Part shown: one piece after another, positions 30,460 through 40,637 of the stretch
Layout of the letters: every line of letters starts with the position of its first letter
Position numbering within the stretch: position 1 is the stretch's first letter
From: Candidatus Eiseniibacteriota bacterium
GTDB taxonomy: Bacteria > Eisenbacteria > RBG-16-71-46
NCBI GenBank assembly: GCA_963717935.1
Contig: CAVQXP010000004.1
Location: 1,088,001-1,152,000, forward strand
Reading direction: 5' to 3'
DNA length: 64,000 bases
Program-made: the position numbers and the translations under genes
Notes under the pieces: model-generated
The model's database searches: none
Seen by the model: only the letters and a program-made list of their open reading frames with translations
What the model was told of the DNA's origin: nothing

Positions 30460-31722
30460 CTACACGGTCCGGTAGAGCGCCGCCAACCGCGAGACGCTCG
30501 ATTCGACGGCGAAGCGCTCCGCCGCCCATTCGCTGAACGCGGCGCGCCGCGCGGGCTCGCAGTCCCGTGCACAGAAGCGCTGGATCCGGTCCCTGCAGTC
30601 CTGCGTGTCGGCGAGGTCCGGCAGGACACAGGCGAACTCGGACTCGCGCATCGGAGCCGAGAAGTCCCCGATGCCCTCCGTCATCACGATCGGCAGTCCG
30701 GACAGCACGTACTCCGCGAACTTCCCCGGTGCGGCGACCTCGTTCATGGGGTGCCGCTCGCGCAGCAGCAGGCCGACGTCGGCTGCGCAGAGGTGGTCCA
30801 CGACTTCCCCGTGCGGGCTGGAGAGCACGCGGTAGTCGCCGGGTGAGAGGGCCGCGCGGCTCAGGAGAGGCTCGATGTGGCCGCGGTCCGCCTCCTGGGT
30901 GAGGACGAGGAAGAAGGCTGTCGGCCGGACCTGCCGGATGGCGATGAACGCCTCCGCGAGCTTCTCGGGGACCTGCCAGCGGCCCCGCAGGTTCCCGCTG
31001 TAGACGACCACGAAGCGGTCCTGCAGGCCGAGGGCGCGTCGGGCCCGCTCGCGCCGGTCGGGATCGAAGTGGAACTCCTTGCGGCTGGCCAGCGTCGGGA
31101 TGACGTGGACCTTCTCCGCCTGGTGTGGCGTGAGAGAGTGCCTGCGCAGCATCACCTCACGGAGTTTCTGGGAGACGCAGATCACGGCGTCGCTCTCGAG
31201 CAGGATCCGCCGCTCCTCCCGCTTGTAGTAGCGGTGCTCCAGGGTCCAGAGCAAGCGGAGCCAGGGCGTCGGACGTTCCGTCTTCGACCGCTTGTACTGC
31301 ACCTCCGCCAGGTCATCGCCCTCGAGTTCCGAGATCACGCGCAGCGCCGGCCATCTCCGCTTGAGCGCGAGCGCGAGGACGGCCATGACGATCTGGCGCG
31401 TGTGCACGACGACACGCCGGTCGCCTCGAACGGGAAGGTCCAGGGTCCGTGCCAGCGCGGGAGCGGAGAGCCCGGGGAACAGGTTCCAGACAGGCACCTG
31501 GTGGACGTCCCCCCGGATGCTGTCGCGCACGGCCTCGAGCCGGTTCGGTCCGAAGGCCCCGCGATTCCGCCATGCTCTCCAGGTCGCCAGCGGGTTGGGG
31601 GAGAAGCGCAGGCGGCCGACGAGCCCGACCACGAGCCCTTCGTCCTCGAGCCGGCGGATCAGGTCTACGTAGATGCCGGTGTGGAGCGCGTTGCCGCCCA
31701 GGTAGTAGAAGGCGCTCTCCAC
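30460..31722 (-). CDS. Glycosyltransferase (GT-B, family 4-like)
   Basis: DAVICVS, VVVYSGN...WQ, AADVGLLLR, APGKFAEYVLSGLP; GTG start chosen just after the upstream stop. Confidence 0.85.
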   Translation of the reverse strand: MESAFYYLGGNALHTGIYVDLIRRLEDEGLVVGLVGRLRFSPNPLATWRAWRNRGAFGPNRLEAVRDSIRGDVHQVPVWNLFPGLSAPALARTLDLPVRGDRRVVVHTRQIVMAVLALALKRRWPALRVISELEGDDLAEVQYKRSKTERPTPWLRLLWTLEHRYYKREERRILLESDAVICVSQKLREVMLRRHSLTPHQAEKVHVIPTLASRKEFHFDPDRRERARRALGLQDRFVVVYSGNLRGRWQVPEKLAEAFIAIRQVRPTAFFLVLTQEADRGHIEPLLSRAALSPGDYRVLSSPHGEVVDHLCAADVGLLLRERHPMNEVAAPGKFAEYVLSGLPIVMTEGIGDFSAPMRESEFACVLPDLADTQDCRDRIQRFCARDCEPARRAAFSEWAAERFAVESSVSRLAALYRTV

Positions 31723-31724
31723 GG

Positions 31725-33011
31725 TCAGGCCGATCCCGTATCCGCCGGAGAACGCCGTTCTGCGAGCGACTCGTAGAGGCGGATGTGACGGTCGAGGTAG
31801 GCGGCGGACGAATACTCCGATTCTACGATTCTGCGGCCGGCGGTCCCCAGGGCTTCGCGCCGAGCGTCGTCGCCCAGCAGATCGTCGAGCGCCTGCGTCA
31901 GGGCGGCAGCGTCCCGCGGCGGGACGCACAGGCCGGCCTGCGGCGGCCGGATCAGCTCCGTCATGGCGGTCCCCTCCGAAGCGATCACCGCGGTGCCGCA
32001 GGCCATGGCCTCCAGGGCCATGAGCCCGAACGACTCGGCGAGCGATGGCATGACGAAGACATCGGCGGCCGACAGCGCCTCAGCCATGCGGTGCTCGTCC
32101 TCGAGCCAGCCCAACTCGACGATCCGGTAGCGGTCCTGGAGTTCCGTCAGTTGTCCCCTGTCATCGAAGACCAGGAGGTGCGTCGCGGCCCCGGGCCTCA
32201 GGCGGTGCAGAGCCTCCACGAGCCAGGGAATGCCCTTCGCCCGGCGGTGCTTCGCGCCGCAGGGCATGCGAAACGCGATGACCTTCGCCTCCGGCGGGAT
32301 GCCGAGGCGGCTGCGGCAGGCGTCGCGGTCCCGCCGCCGCCACACTTCGAGGTCGAGCCCGAAGGGGATGACGTGGCAGGGGTGGCTGGAGAGCAGCGGG
32401 CTCGCCTCCACCCGGCTCTTCATCCAGCGCGAGGCGACGACCAGCGTGAAGGGCGAGCGGTGGTACATCTGGCGCTTCACCTTCCAGACCAGTGCGGTCG
32501 CATCGGACCAGACGGTGAAGTCCCGCCGGAGGTCGGGGCATTCGCCGCACCCAATCTGCCAGCGCGTGCAGTCGAGCGGATGGACGCAGTGGCCCGTCAG
32601 GGCCCAGGGATCGTGCAGCGTCCACACGGTCGGGCGGCGGCGTGCCAGGAACGGCATCAGCGGCAGGCTCACGTAGTGAGGATAGATGAGGTGCCAGTGC
32701 ACGACGTCGGCGTCGCGGAAGCATCGGCGCAAGGGGACCGTCAACGCCATCGGGGACAGGAGCCCCTGCAGGCTCGAGACGCGCTCGGCCGCGTACAGGC
32801 CCCCGCCGAACCATCCGCCGACCCGGGAGTGTCCGTGGACCCGCGCGTCGTCCGATCGCTTGTAGACCACGAGCATGCGGGAGTCCCGGCCGCGCGCGTG
32901 GAGCGACTGGTGCAGTTGGTAGCCGTTGAACCGCTGGCCGACGAGGTCGCGCAGAGTCACCTGGAGGATGCTGGGGGACGTCGGTGGGCGACCTGCGGGA
33001 TCCGGCGTCAT
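31725..33011 (-). CDS. Glycosyltransferase family 4 (WcaC-like)
   Basis: DVVHWH, VWTLHDPW..TGHC.HP..C..W..GC..CP, SLAESFGLMALEAMACG. Confidence 0.9.
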   Translation of the reverse strand: MTPDPAGRPPTSPSILQVTLRDLVGQRFNGYQLHQSLHARGRDSRMLVVYKRSDDARVHGHSRVGGWFGGGLYAAERVSSLQGLLSPMALTVPLRRCFRDADVVHWHLIYPHYVSLPLMPFLARRRPTVWTLHDPWALTGHCVHPLDCTRWQIGCGECPDLRRDFTVWSDATALVWKVKRQMYHRSPFTLVVASRWMKSRVEASPLLSSHPCHVIPFGLDLEVWRRRDRDACRSRLGIPPEAKVIAFRMPCGAKHRRAKGIPWLVEALHRLRPGAATHLLVFDDRGQLTELQDRYRIVELGWLEDEHRMAEALSAADVFVMPSLAESFGLMALEAMACGTAVIASEGTAMTELIRPPQAGLCVPPRDAAALTQALDDLLGDDARREALGTAGRRIVESEYSSAAYLDRHIRLYESLAERRSPADTGSA

Positions 33012-33197
33012 GCGGGCGATGCCTCCGTGACCCCACCGCACGTTCCGGGAGTCCCCCGGACCGGGATTCAGGGGGTGGGCTGCGGCTCGGGGGCTGGTCC
33101 TCGCTGTTGGTGGGCTGGGCGAGACAGGCCGCGAGCGTTGCTGCCGGGGCACCTTAGCATGGGGTCCGCCGCCCCGCATCCCGTCGGTGTCCGTGAA

Positions 33198-33227
33198 TTG
33201 ACCGACCCGGGGCGGAACGCCTACCCT
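33198..33227 (+). promoter_or_regulatory. Sigma70-type promoter upstream of ugd
   Basis: TTGACC-18 nt-TACCCT. Confidence 0.5.
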
Positions 33228-33311
33228 GTGCCGCTTGAATCAGTTGCAGAGTGCCGTCCACCGGATCCGCGCACGAGGCCTGCGTCTGCACGACACCGAA
33301 AGGACCCCGTC

Positions 33312-34670
33312 TTGTACTCCATCACCGTGGTAGGCACAGGCTACGTCGGGCTCGTGTCCGGTGCGTGCCTGGCGGACTTCGGCAATCGCGTCACCTGCGT
33401 GGACGCCGACGCCGCCAAGATCGGGCGTTTGCGCGCCCTCGAGATGCCCTTCTTCGAGCCCGGCCTGCCCGAGTTGGTCGCACGTAACGTGCAAGAGGGC
33501 CGGCTCCGGTTCGAGAGCGACCTGGTCGCGGCCCTCAAGGGCTCCCAGGTCGTCTTCATCACCGTGGGCACGCCGCCCCGGCCCGATGGCAGCGCGGACA
33601 CGCGCGCCATCTACGACGTGGCGAAGACGGTGGCGCGGCACCTCGACGGCTACAAGCTCGTGGTGCAGAAGAGCACGGCCCCGGTGGGCACGGCCCGCGC
33701 TCTCTACGCCTTCATCGCCAGACACGCGAAGCGCGGTGCCAGCTTCGACGTCGCCTCGAACCCGGAGTTCCTGCGCGAGGGCTCGGCCATCGAGACCTTC
33801 ATGCGGCCCGACCGGGTGGTGATCGGCGCCGAGTCGAAGCGCGCGGCCGACATCCTCCGGAAGATCCACGCTCCGCTCTTCCTGCTCGAGACTCCCATGG
33901 TCGTCACGACCCTGGAGAGCGCCGAACTCATCAAGTACGCCTCGAACTGCTTCCTCGCGGCGAAGATCTCCTTCATCAACGAGATCGCCAACCTCTGCGA
34001 AGTGCTTGGCGCCGACGTGCAGGCGGTGTCGAAGGGGCTCGGCATGGACCGCCGCATCGGCTCGAAGTTCCTGCACGCGGGCCCCGGCTACGGCGGCGCG
34101 TGCTTCCCCAAGGACACGCTTGCGCTCTCGGCCATGGCGCGCGAGGCGGGGATCCCGAGCGGGCTGGTGGACGCGACCATCGCGGCGAACGACCACCAGA
34201 TGCGGCACATGGTCGAGAAGATCGTGCGGGGCCTCGGCCGTCCGGCGCGCGGCAGCGTGGTGGCGGTGCTCGGGCTCTCGTTCAAGCCCAACACCGACGA
34301 CCTGCGTGAGGCTCCGGCGCTCGAGATCGTCGCCGGGCTCAAGCGGCGCGGCGTCAAGGTGCGGGCCTACGACCCGGTGGCGATGCCGGGCGCCACGACG
34401 CTGCCGCAGATGAAGGGCGTGACCCTGACGAAGGACGCCTACGACTGCGCGCGCGGGGCCGATGCGGTGGCCATCGTCACGGAGTGGAACGAGTTCCGGA
34501 ACCTGAACCTCGCCCGTCTCAAGCGCCTGCTGCGACGGCCCGTGCTGTGCGACCTGCGCAACATCTACGTGCCCGCCGAAGTCGAGTCCGCGGGATTCCG
34601 GCACATCGGCGTCGGCCGCGGGCGCGCATCCACGTCGGCCGCGGTGCGGCCGCGCCGGAGGAAGGCATGA
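33312..34670 (+). CDS. ugd: UDP-glucose 6-dehydrogenase
   Basis: VVGTGYVGL, VGTP, KSTAPVGT, SNPEFLREG, GYGGACFPKD, FKPNTDDLRE; TTG start. Confidence 0.93.
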   Translation: MYSITVVGTGYVGLVSGACLADFGNRVTCVDADAAKIGRLRALEMPFFEPGLPELVARNVQEGRLRFESDLVAALKGSQVVFITVGTPPRPDGSADTRAIYDVAKTVARHLDGYKLVVQKSTAPVGTARALYAFIARHAKRGASFDVASNPEFLREGSAIETFMRPDRVVIGAESKRAADILRKIHAPLFLLETPMVVTTLESAELIKYASNCFLAAKISFINEIANLCEVLGADVQAVSKGLGMDRRIGSKFLHAGPGYGGACFPKDTLALSAMAREAGIPSGLVDATIAANDHQMRHMVEKIVRGLGRPARGSVVAVLGLSFKPNTDDLREAPALEIVAGLKRRGVKVRAYDPVAMPGATTLPQMKGVTLTKDAYDCARGADAVAIVTEWNEFRNLNLARLKRLLRRPVLCDLRNIYVPAEVESAGFRHIGVGRGRASTSAAVRPRRRKA

Positions 34671-35122
34671 TCGAAGGCGTCAAGGTCAAGAAGCTCAAGG
34701 TCATCCCCGACGAGCGCGGCTTCCTGATGGAGATGCTGCGCGACGACGACGAGTTCTTCCAGCGCTTCGGCCAGGTCTACCTCTCGGTCATCTACCCCGG
34801 GGTGGTGAAGGGCTGGCACTATCACAAGAAGCAGACCGACCACTTCGTGATCGTGAAGGGCATGGCCAAGGTCGTGCTCTACGACGGGCGCGAGACGAGC
34901 AAGACCAGGGGCGAGGTCGACGAGTTCTTCATGGGCGAGCAGAACCCCATCCTGCTCGTCATCCCGCCCCTGGTGCTGCACGGCATGAAGGGCGCCGGCA
35001 CCGAGCCCGCCTACCTCGTCAACACTCCGACCGAGCACTACGTCTACGGCGAGCCCGACGAGCACCGCGTGGCGCCGCACAGCGGCGAGGTGCCCTACGA
35101 CTGGGACCGCAAGGATGGCTGA
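34667..35122 (+). CDS. rmlC: dTDP-4-dehydrorhamnose 3,5-epimerase family cupin
   Basis: IEGV..KKL..IPDERG, VKGWHYH, IPP.VLHG. Confidence 0.85.
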   Translation: MIEGVKVKKLKVIPDERGFLMEMLRDDDEFFQRFGQVYLSVIYPGVVKGWHYHKKQTDHFVIVKGMAKVVLYDGRETSKTRGEVDEFFMGEQNPILLVIPPLVLHGMKGAGTEPAYLVNTPTEHYVYGEPDEHRVAPHSGEVPYDWDRKDG

Positions 35123-36167
35123 GCCGGCGCGCCTCGATGGCAGCCGCGTGCTGGTGACGGGCGGGGCCGGCTTCATCGGCGCGAACTTCGTGCACCACTT
35201 CCTGCGCCGCTTCCCGGACGCGCACGTGGTGGTGCTCGACTCGCTGACCTACGCTGGCCGCCGCGAGAACCTCGACGGCATCCCGACGAAGTGCCTGACC
35301 TTCATGCACGGCGACATCCGCGATCCCTCCGCCGTGGCGCTGGCGATGGAGGGCTGTGACTACGTCCTCAACTTCGCCGCCGAGTCCCACGTGGACCGCT
35401 CGATCGAGGCGCCCGGCGACTTCATCCAGACCGACGTCTACGGCGTGTTCGTGCTCTGCGAAGAGGCCCGCCGCCAGGGGCTCGTGCGCTTCCTCCAGGT
35501 CTCGACCGACGAGGTCTACGGCGAGGTCCTGGAGGGTTCCGCGACCGAGGCCTGGCCGCTGATGCCGCGCAGTCCCTACGCCGCGAGCAAGGCGGGCGGC
35601 GACCGGCTGGCCTTCGCCTACTGGGCGACCTACGGGCTGCCGGTCGTGGTGACGCGCTGTACCAACAACTACGGGCCGCGCCAGTACCCGGAGAAGCTCG
35701 TGCCGTTGTTCGTCACGAACGCGATCGAGGGCCAGCCGCTGCCGGTCTACGGCACGGGCCTGAACCGGCGCGACTGGATCCACGTCGAGGACCACTGCTC
35801 GGCGCTCGTCACGCTGCTGGCGCAGCCCGGCATCGAGGGCGAGACCTTCAATATTGGCGCCGGGAACGAGCTGGACGTGCTCACCATCACGGGCACCATC
35901 CTGCGCCTGCTCGACAAGCCGGAGTCGCTGGTGCGCCACGTCGAGGACCGGCCGGGGCACGACCGCCGCTACGCGCTCGACTCCTCCCGGCTCGCGCGGC
36001 TCACGGGCTGGAAGCCGGCCATCGCCTTCGAGGACGGCATCCGGCAGACGGTGGAATGGTACCGCGCGAACGAAGCCTGGTGGCGCCCCATCAAGGAGGG
36101 CGAGTTCCGCGCCTACTACGAGCGCATGTACGGGCAGAGGCGGGTGCTGAAGGGGGTGCGGACGTGA
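35115..36167 (+). CDS. rmlB: dTDP-glucose 4,6-dehydratase
   Basis: TGGAGFIG, LTYAG, AAESHVDRSI, STDEVYG, NNYGP.QYPEK, DRPGHDRRY. Confidence 0.96.
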   Translation: MAEPARLDGSRVLVTGGAGFIGANFVHHFLRRFPDAHVVVLDSLTYAGRRENLDGIPTKCLTFMHGDIRDPSAVALAMEGCDYVLNFAAESHVDRSIEAPGDFIQTDVYGVFVLCEEARRQGLVRFLQVSTDEVYGEVLEGSATEAWPLMPRSPYAASKAGGDRLAFAYWATYGLPVVVTRCTNNYGPRQYPEKLVPLFVTNAIEGQPLPVYGTGLNRRDWIHVEDHCSALVTLLAQPGIEGETFNIGAGNELDVLTITGTILRLLDKPESLVRHVEDRPGHDRRYALDSSRLARLTGWKPAIAFEDGIRQTVEWYRANEAWWRPIKEGEFRAYYERMYGQRRVLKGVRT

Positions 36168-37834
36168 AGAAGCTCGCCGGGTTCGCCGCGGCGCTGCTGG
36201 TCGGCGCGTGGATTCTGTCGGTTGCGCCCGCGCGGGCGCAGGTGCCATCGGCCGCGGTGCCGGCCGACGAACGCGGCGTGCTGACGCTGCCGCGCCGGAC
36301 CAGCTCGTCCGAGGCTCTCACCATGCCGAGCGGCTCGTCCGCCACGGGCGCCGACGAGACCGCGGCAGGCGGGCTCTTCTTGCTGCGGGCGGGGTTGCCC
36401 GTGAGCCTGTCGGGGCCCGTGAACCCCGATGTCTACCTCCTCGGGCCGGGAGACGTGCTACTGCTCAACATCTGGGGGCGGGTCTCGCGCAGTGTGCCCA
36501 TCGAGGTGGGACCGGAGGGCAGCGTGCTCATCCCCGGGTCGGCCCCGATGTGCGTCTCGGGGCGCACCCTCAGCGAGGCGCGCGCCGACATCCTCCAGCG
36601 GATGAGCCTGCAGTATCGGGGGGTGAGCATGGACCTGCGCCTCGCCCGGCCGCGCACGTTCCGCATCTACCTCACCGGGCAGGTGCAACGCCCGGGTTCC
36701 GTGGAGGCCAACGGCATGCTGCGTGTCGGCGACGTCCTGACCGGAGCGCTGCTGCTCAACGGGGCGTCCCATCGCCGCATCGAGGTGTTGCGCGCCGACG
36801 GCACCCGGGTCTTCTGCGACCTGGAGCTCTTCCTCCAGACCGGTGACGCGGGGATGAACCCCTGGTTGCGCGACGGCGACGTCATCCAGGTCCCGAGCGC
36901 GACCGAGTTCGTCTACGCGCAGGGCGCGGTCGCGCGGCCGGGGCGCTACGAGCTGGGTGTCCGGGACAGCCTGCGGACGCTGCTGCGACTCTCGGGTGAC
37001 CCACTGCCCTCGGCCGTGGCGAACCGGGTGCTCATCGTGCGATTCAAGGACGCCTTCACGCCCGAATCGCTGTGGGTGAGCCTCGAGGATGTGTACTCGC
37101 GCCGGCAGAACCCTCCGCTCGAGGACGGCGAGCGGATGTACGTCTACTTCATCCCGCAGTACCATCAGCAACTCGAGGCCGTGATCCTCGGCGAGGTCCA
37201 GCGCCCCGGTACGTATCCCATCGTCGAGGGGCGTACGCGCCTGAGCGATCTGGTCTCCGCCGCGAACGGTTTCCAGGTCTCGGCCGACCTCTCGGCCATC
37301 CGCATCCACCGCCGGAGCGCGCTCGTGGCCGAGAAGGACCAGGAACTGGACCGCCTTCTCCGGCTGTCGCGCAACGATCTCACGGCCACCGAATACGAGA
37401 TGATGCGCACGAAGCTTGCCAGCCAGCGTGAGGACTACCGCGTGGACTGGGCGCGCCTGGAGGGCAGCAGGGATCTCGACCTGCTGTTGCGCGACGGGGA
37501 CAGCGTGCGCGTGGAGCGGCTGGTCTCCTCCATCCGCGTGGACGGAGAGGTGTGCCGGCCGGGGATCCTCAATTTCATGCGGGGGAAGAGCGTGGAGGAC
37601 TACGTCTTGCAGGCGGGCGGCTACAGCGACCGTGCCTGGCGGGGCAAGGTGCGCGTCACCCGCGCCGTGACCGGCCAGACCCTGCTCGCACGCAACGTGC
37701 GCACGCTCGACCCGGGGGACTTCGTCTGGGTGCCCGAGAAGTCCGATGTCACGGTGTGGCAGCAGAGCCGGGAGTTCCTGACCACCCTGGCCCAGGTTGC
37801 CACCGTCGTCATTGCCATCCGCAGCGTGCGGTAG
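36164..37834 (+). CDS. Polysaccharide export protein with multiple SLBB domains (Wza/KpsD-like)
   Basis: Signal peptide, YLLGPGD poly_export motif, four G.V.RPG SLBB repeats. Confidence 0.9.
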   Translation: MKKLAGFAAALLVGAWILSVAPARAQVPSAAVPADERGVLTLPRRTSSSEALTMPSGSSATGADETAAGGLFLLRAGLPVSLSGPVNPDVYLLGPGDVLLLNIWGRVSRSVPIEVGPEGSVLIPGSAPMCVSGRTLSEARADILQRMSLQYRGVSMDLRLARPRTFRIYLTGQVQRPGSVEANGMLRVGDVLTGALLLNGASHRRIEVLRADGTRVFCDLELFLQTGDAGMNPWLRDGDVIQVPSATEFVYAQGAVARPGRYELGVRDSLRTLLRLSGDPLPSAVANRVLIVRFKDAFTPESLWVSLEDVYSRRQNPPLEDGERMYVYFIPQYHQQLEAVILGEVQRPGTYPIVEGRTRLSDLVSAANGFQVSADLSAIRIHRRSALVAEKDQELDRLLRLSRNDLTATEYEMMRTKLASQREDYRVDWARLEGSRDLDLLLRDGDSVRVERLVSSIRVDGEVCRPGILNFMRGKSVEDYVLQAGGYSDRAWRGKVRVTRAVTGQTLLARNVRTLDPGDFVWVPEKSDVTVWQQSREFLTTLAQVATVVIAIRSVR

Positions 37835-37849
37835 CGGGATCCGGCGGCC

Positions 37850-39370
37850 ATGCCGCGAGTTGACGCAGGGAGCCGGCGGCGCAACGTCGCGGCGAACCTG
37901 GCGGGACGCGCCTGGGGCGTCCTCTCGGTCTATCTCTTCCTCCCGTTGTATCTGCGATTCCTCGGCATCGAAGCGTACGGCGTAGTCGGCTTCTACGCCG
38001 TGTTGCAGGGTGTCATGATCATCGCCGACCTCGGGCTCACGGCGACCCTCAACCGCGAGATGGCCCGCCTGGTGGCGGCGGACGCGGATCCACATGACCT
38101 CCGCGACACGGTCCGCACCATCGAGACGCTTTACGGCGCGGCCAGCCTCGTGCTGGGCGTGGCGGTCGTGCTGGCGGCGCCGCTGATCGCCCACCGCTGG
38201 CTGGGCGCCCACCAACTCCACGCGTCGGAACTCGAGACCGCCGTGCGGCTGATGGGCCTGGCGCTGACGTTCCAGCTTCCGACCGGCCTCTACCAGGGCG
38301 GGCTCCTCGGCCTCGAGCGCCAGGTCCTGGCGAACGTGCTGCAGGTCGGCTGGGGGCTCCTGCGCAGCGCGGGGTCGGTCCTGGTGCTGTGGTTGGTGTC
38401 GCCGACCCTTGTGGCCTTCTTCTGGTGGAACCTGGCGGCGAACGCCGTCTACTTCTTCGCCGTGCGCGTCGCACTGTGGCGCTCGCTGCCCGATGCGCCG
38501 GGCTCGGCCCGCTGGCGGGTGGGGATCCTGCACGGCGTGTGGCGCTACGCGGGCGGGATGGCGCTCATGGCCCTGCTCTCGACCGTTCTCATCCAGATGG
38601 ACAAGCTCGTGGTGAGCCGGCTGTTGCCGCTCGAGGCATTCGGCTACTACGCCATCGCCTGGTCGCTCTCCCAGGGCGCGGTGGTGCTGGCCTCCCCGGT
38701 GGCCAACGCCATGTTCCCGCGGCTCACGGCGCTGGCGACGGTGCGCCGCGACGACCTGCTGCGACGCACGTACCATCTGGCGTGCCAGCTCGTCGCGGTG
38801 CTGGCGCTGCCGGTCGGGCTGACGCTCGCCGTGTTCGCCCGCGAAGTCCTGCTGGTGTGGACGGGCTCGCCGGCCGTGGCGGCGAATGCCTGGGCGGCGG
38901 GCACGCTCCTGACGGTGGGCTCCATGGCGCTGGCCGTTCAGATCGTGCCGTACAACCTCGCCCTGGCGCACGGCTGGGTGAAGCTCAACATCGGTCTCGC
39001 GCTGGCGTCCATGGTGGTCGCCCTGCCGGTGCTGATCCTGCTGGTGGGCCGTTACGGCCTGACGGGAGGGGCCATGGTGTGGCTGCTGATCAACGTCGTC
39101 TCCACCGTGCCCTTCATCTTCCTGCTGCACCGCCGCCTGCTGCCGGGGGCGACGCGCCGCTGGATCCTGGCCGACGTGGCGCGTCCGCTCGCGGCCGCGG
39201 CGGCCTGCGTGGCCGTCGCGCGCCTGCTGTACCCGGCCGCGCCCCCGCGCTGGCTGGGAGGCGCGCTGTTGGGCGCGACGGTGTGCGCCGCCATGGCGGG
39301 TGCCGCGCTCGCGTCCCCGGACGTGCTGCGCTACCTGAGATCCGGCGCCCTGGCGACGAAGGAGCCCTGA
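37850..39370 (+). CDS. wzx: Oligosaccharide flippase (Wzx)
   Basis: About 12-14 TM helices; Y..FLG.EAYG, DLGL, QMDKLVVS...L..FGYY.IA. Confidence 0.88.
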   Translation: MPRVDAGSRRRNVAANLAGRAWGVLSVYLFLPLYLRFLGIEAYGVVGFYAVLQGVMIIADLGLTATLNREMARLVAADADPHDLRDTVRTIETLYGAASLVLGVAVVLAAPLIAHRWLGAHQLHASELETAVRLMGLALTFQLPTGLYQGGLLGLERQVLANVLQVGWGLLRSAGSVLVLWLVSPTLVAFFWWNLAANAVYFFAVRVALWRSLPDAPGSARWRVGILHGVWRYAGGMALMALLSTVLIQMDKLVVSRLLPLEAFGYYAIAWSLSQGAVVLASPVANAMFPRLTALATVRRDDLLRRTYHLACQLVAVLALPVGLTLAVFAREVLLVWTGSPAVAANAWAAGTLLTVGSMALAVQIVPYNLALAHGWVKLNIGLALASMVVALPVLILLVGRYGLTGGAMVWLLINVVSTVPFIFLLHRRLLPGATRRWILADVARPLAAAAACVAVARLLYPAAPPRWLGGALLGATVCAAMAGAALASPDVLRYLRSGALATKEP

Positions 39371-39372
39371 CG

Positions 39373-40563
39373 GTGACCCTGTTATCCGTGGTCATCCCGA
39401 CGAAGAACCGGGCCGCGTACGCGACCCGGTGCCTGGCGACGCTCGCGCGGCTGCCGTCCGCCGACCTGGAGATCGTCGTGCAGGACAACAGTGCCGACGA
39501 CGCGCTGGGGCGCGCGCTGAGCGTCGCGGACGCAGACGCGCGCGTGCGCTACGAGTACATCGCCGCGCCGCTCTCGGTGGTGGAGAACTGCGACCGCGGC
39601 GTCGACCGGGCCCGCGGGGAGTACGTCACGTTGCTGGGCGATGACGACGGGGTCGCCCCTGGACTGCTGGAGGGGGCGCGCTGGGCCGCCGGACAGGGTC
39701 TGGATGCGCTGACGCCCGGGTGCCTGGCTTGGTATATGTGGCCGGACGTCCGTTTCAAGCACCACGGCAGTGGCTCCGCAGGGCGGTTGACGGTGCGTCC
39801 TTACACCGGCGGTTGCGTCGAGCGCGATGCGCGTGCCGGAGTGCGCCGGTCGGCCCACAACGCCTTCCAGGACCTCGTGCATTCGGTCGAGCTTCCGAAG
39901 CTCTACTATGGACTGGTGCGCTCGGCCTGTCTCGCGGCGCTGCACGCGGAGACCGGTACGTACTTCCCCGGCGTGAGCCCCGACATGGCAGTCGCCGTCG
40001 GCGTGAGCAAGTACGTGAAGCGCTTCATGTCCCTCGACTACCCGCTGTTCGTGCCGGGGAGCTCCGCGAGGAGCAATGCGGGGGCGCAGGCCGCGAAGCG
40101 TCATGTCGGGCGGCTCGAGGACCAGCCGCACCTGCCCCGCGACTGCGTGAGCACCTGGCCCATCGAAGTCCCGGCGGTGTTCGCCATCCAGACCGTCTGG
40201 GCGCAATCGGCGCTCAGCGCCCTGCGACGCACGGGACGGCCCGAGGAGATCGCCCACTTCGACATGGGACTCCTCCACGCGATGTGCGGGGTGCTGAACC
40301 AGGGGTACTGGGGGCCGACCCTGGACAACTACGGGCGCGCTCTACGGGCCACCGGCACGGGCCGCGTGCGGGGGGCCGCTGCACTGGGTTCCGGTGTGGC
40401 GCGCACCTGGGCGCTGCGCGCGCGCTGGTTCGTGGGCCGGCTCCTGCGGCGGCCGTGGTACGTGGGCGCCTGGCAGGAGAGCGGGCTGCCGGACATCGAC
40501 GCGGCGGTGGGCGCGCTGGAGGCGAGGCGCGACGCCGGCGTGCGGCCGCCCTGGGCCGCCTGA
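39373..40563 (+). CDS. Glycosyltransferase family 2
   Basis: LSVVIPTKNR, VVQDNSADD, ARGEYVTLLGDDD. Confidence 0.9.
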   Translation: MTLLSVVIPTKNRAAYATRCLATLARLPSADLEIVVQDNSADDALGRALSVADADARVRYEYIAAPLSVVENCDRGVDRARGEYVTLLGDDDGVAPGLLEGARWAAGQGLDALTPGCLAWYMWPDVRFKHHGSGSAGRLTVRPYTGGCVERDARAGVRRSAHNAFQDLVHSVELPKLYYGLVRSACLAALHAETGTYFPGVSPDMAVAVGVSKYVKRFMSLDYPLFVPGSSARSNAGAQAAKRHVGRLEDQPHLPRDCVSTWPIEVPAVFAIQTVWAQSALSALRRTGRPEEIAHFDMGLLHAMCGVLNQGYWGPTLDNYGRALRATGTGRVRGAAALGSGVARTWALRARWFVGRLLRRPWYVGAWQESGLPDIDAAVGALEARRDAGVRPPWAA

Positions 40564-40637
40564 CGGGGGTTCGTCTGCCGTCGAATCGCCACCGGGGCGT
40601 GCTTCCGGCGCCCGCGGCTCTGGGGTAGTTTCCCCCC

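Noticed and set aside
31449..33311. 1073-aa ORF suggesting a large fusion to Ugd
   Set aside because: The upstream part is antisense to two glycosyltransferases; Ugd homology starts at TTG 33312, after a promoter candidate
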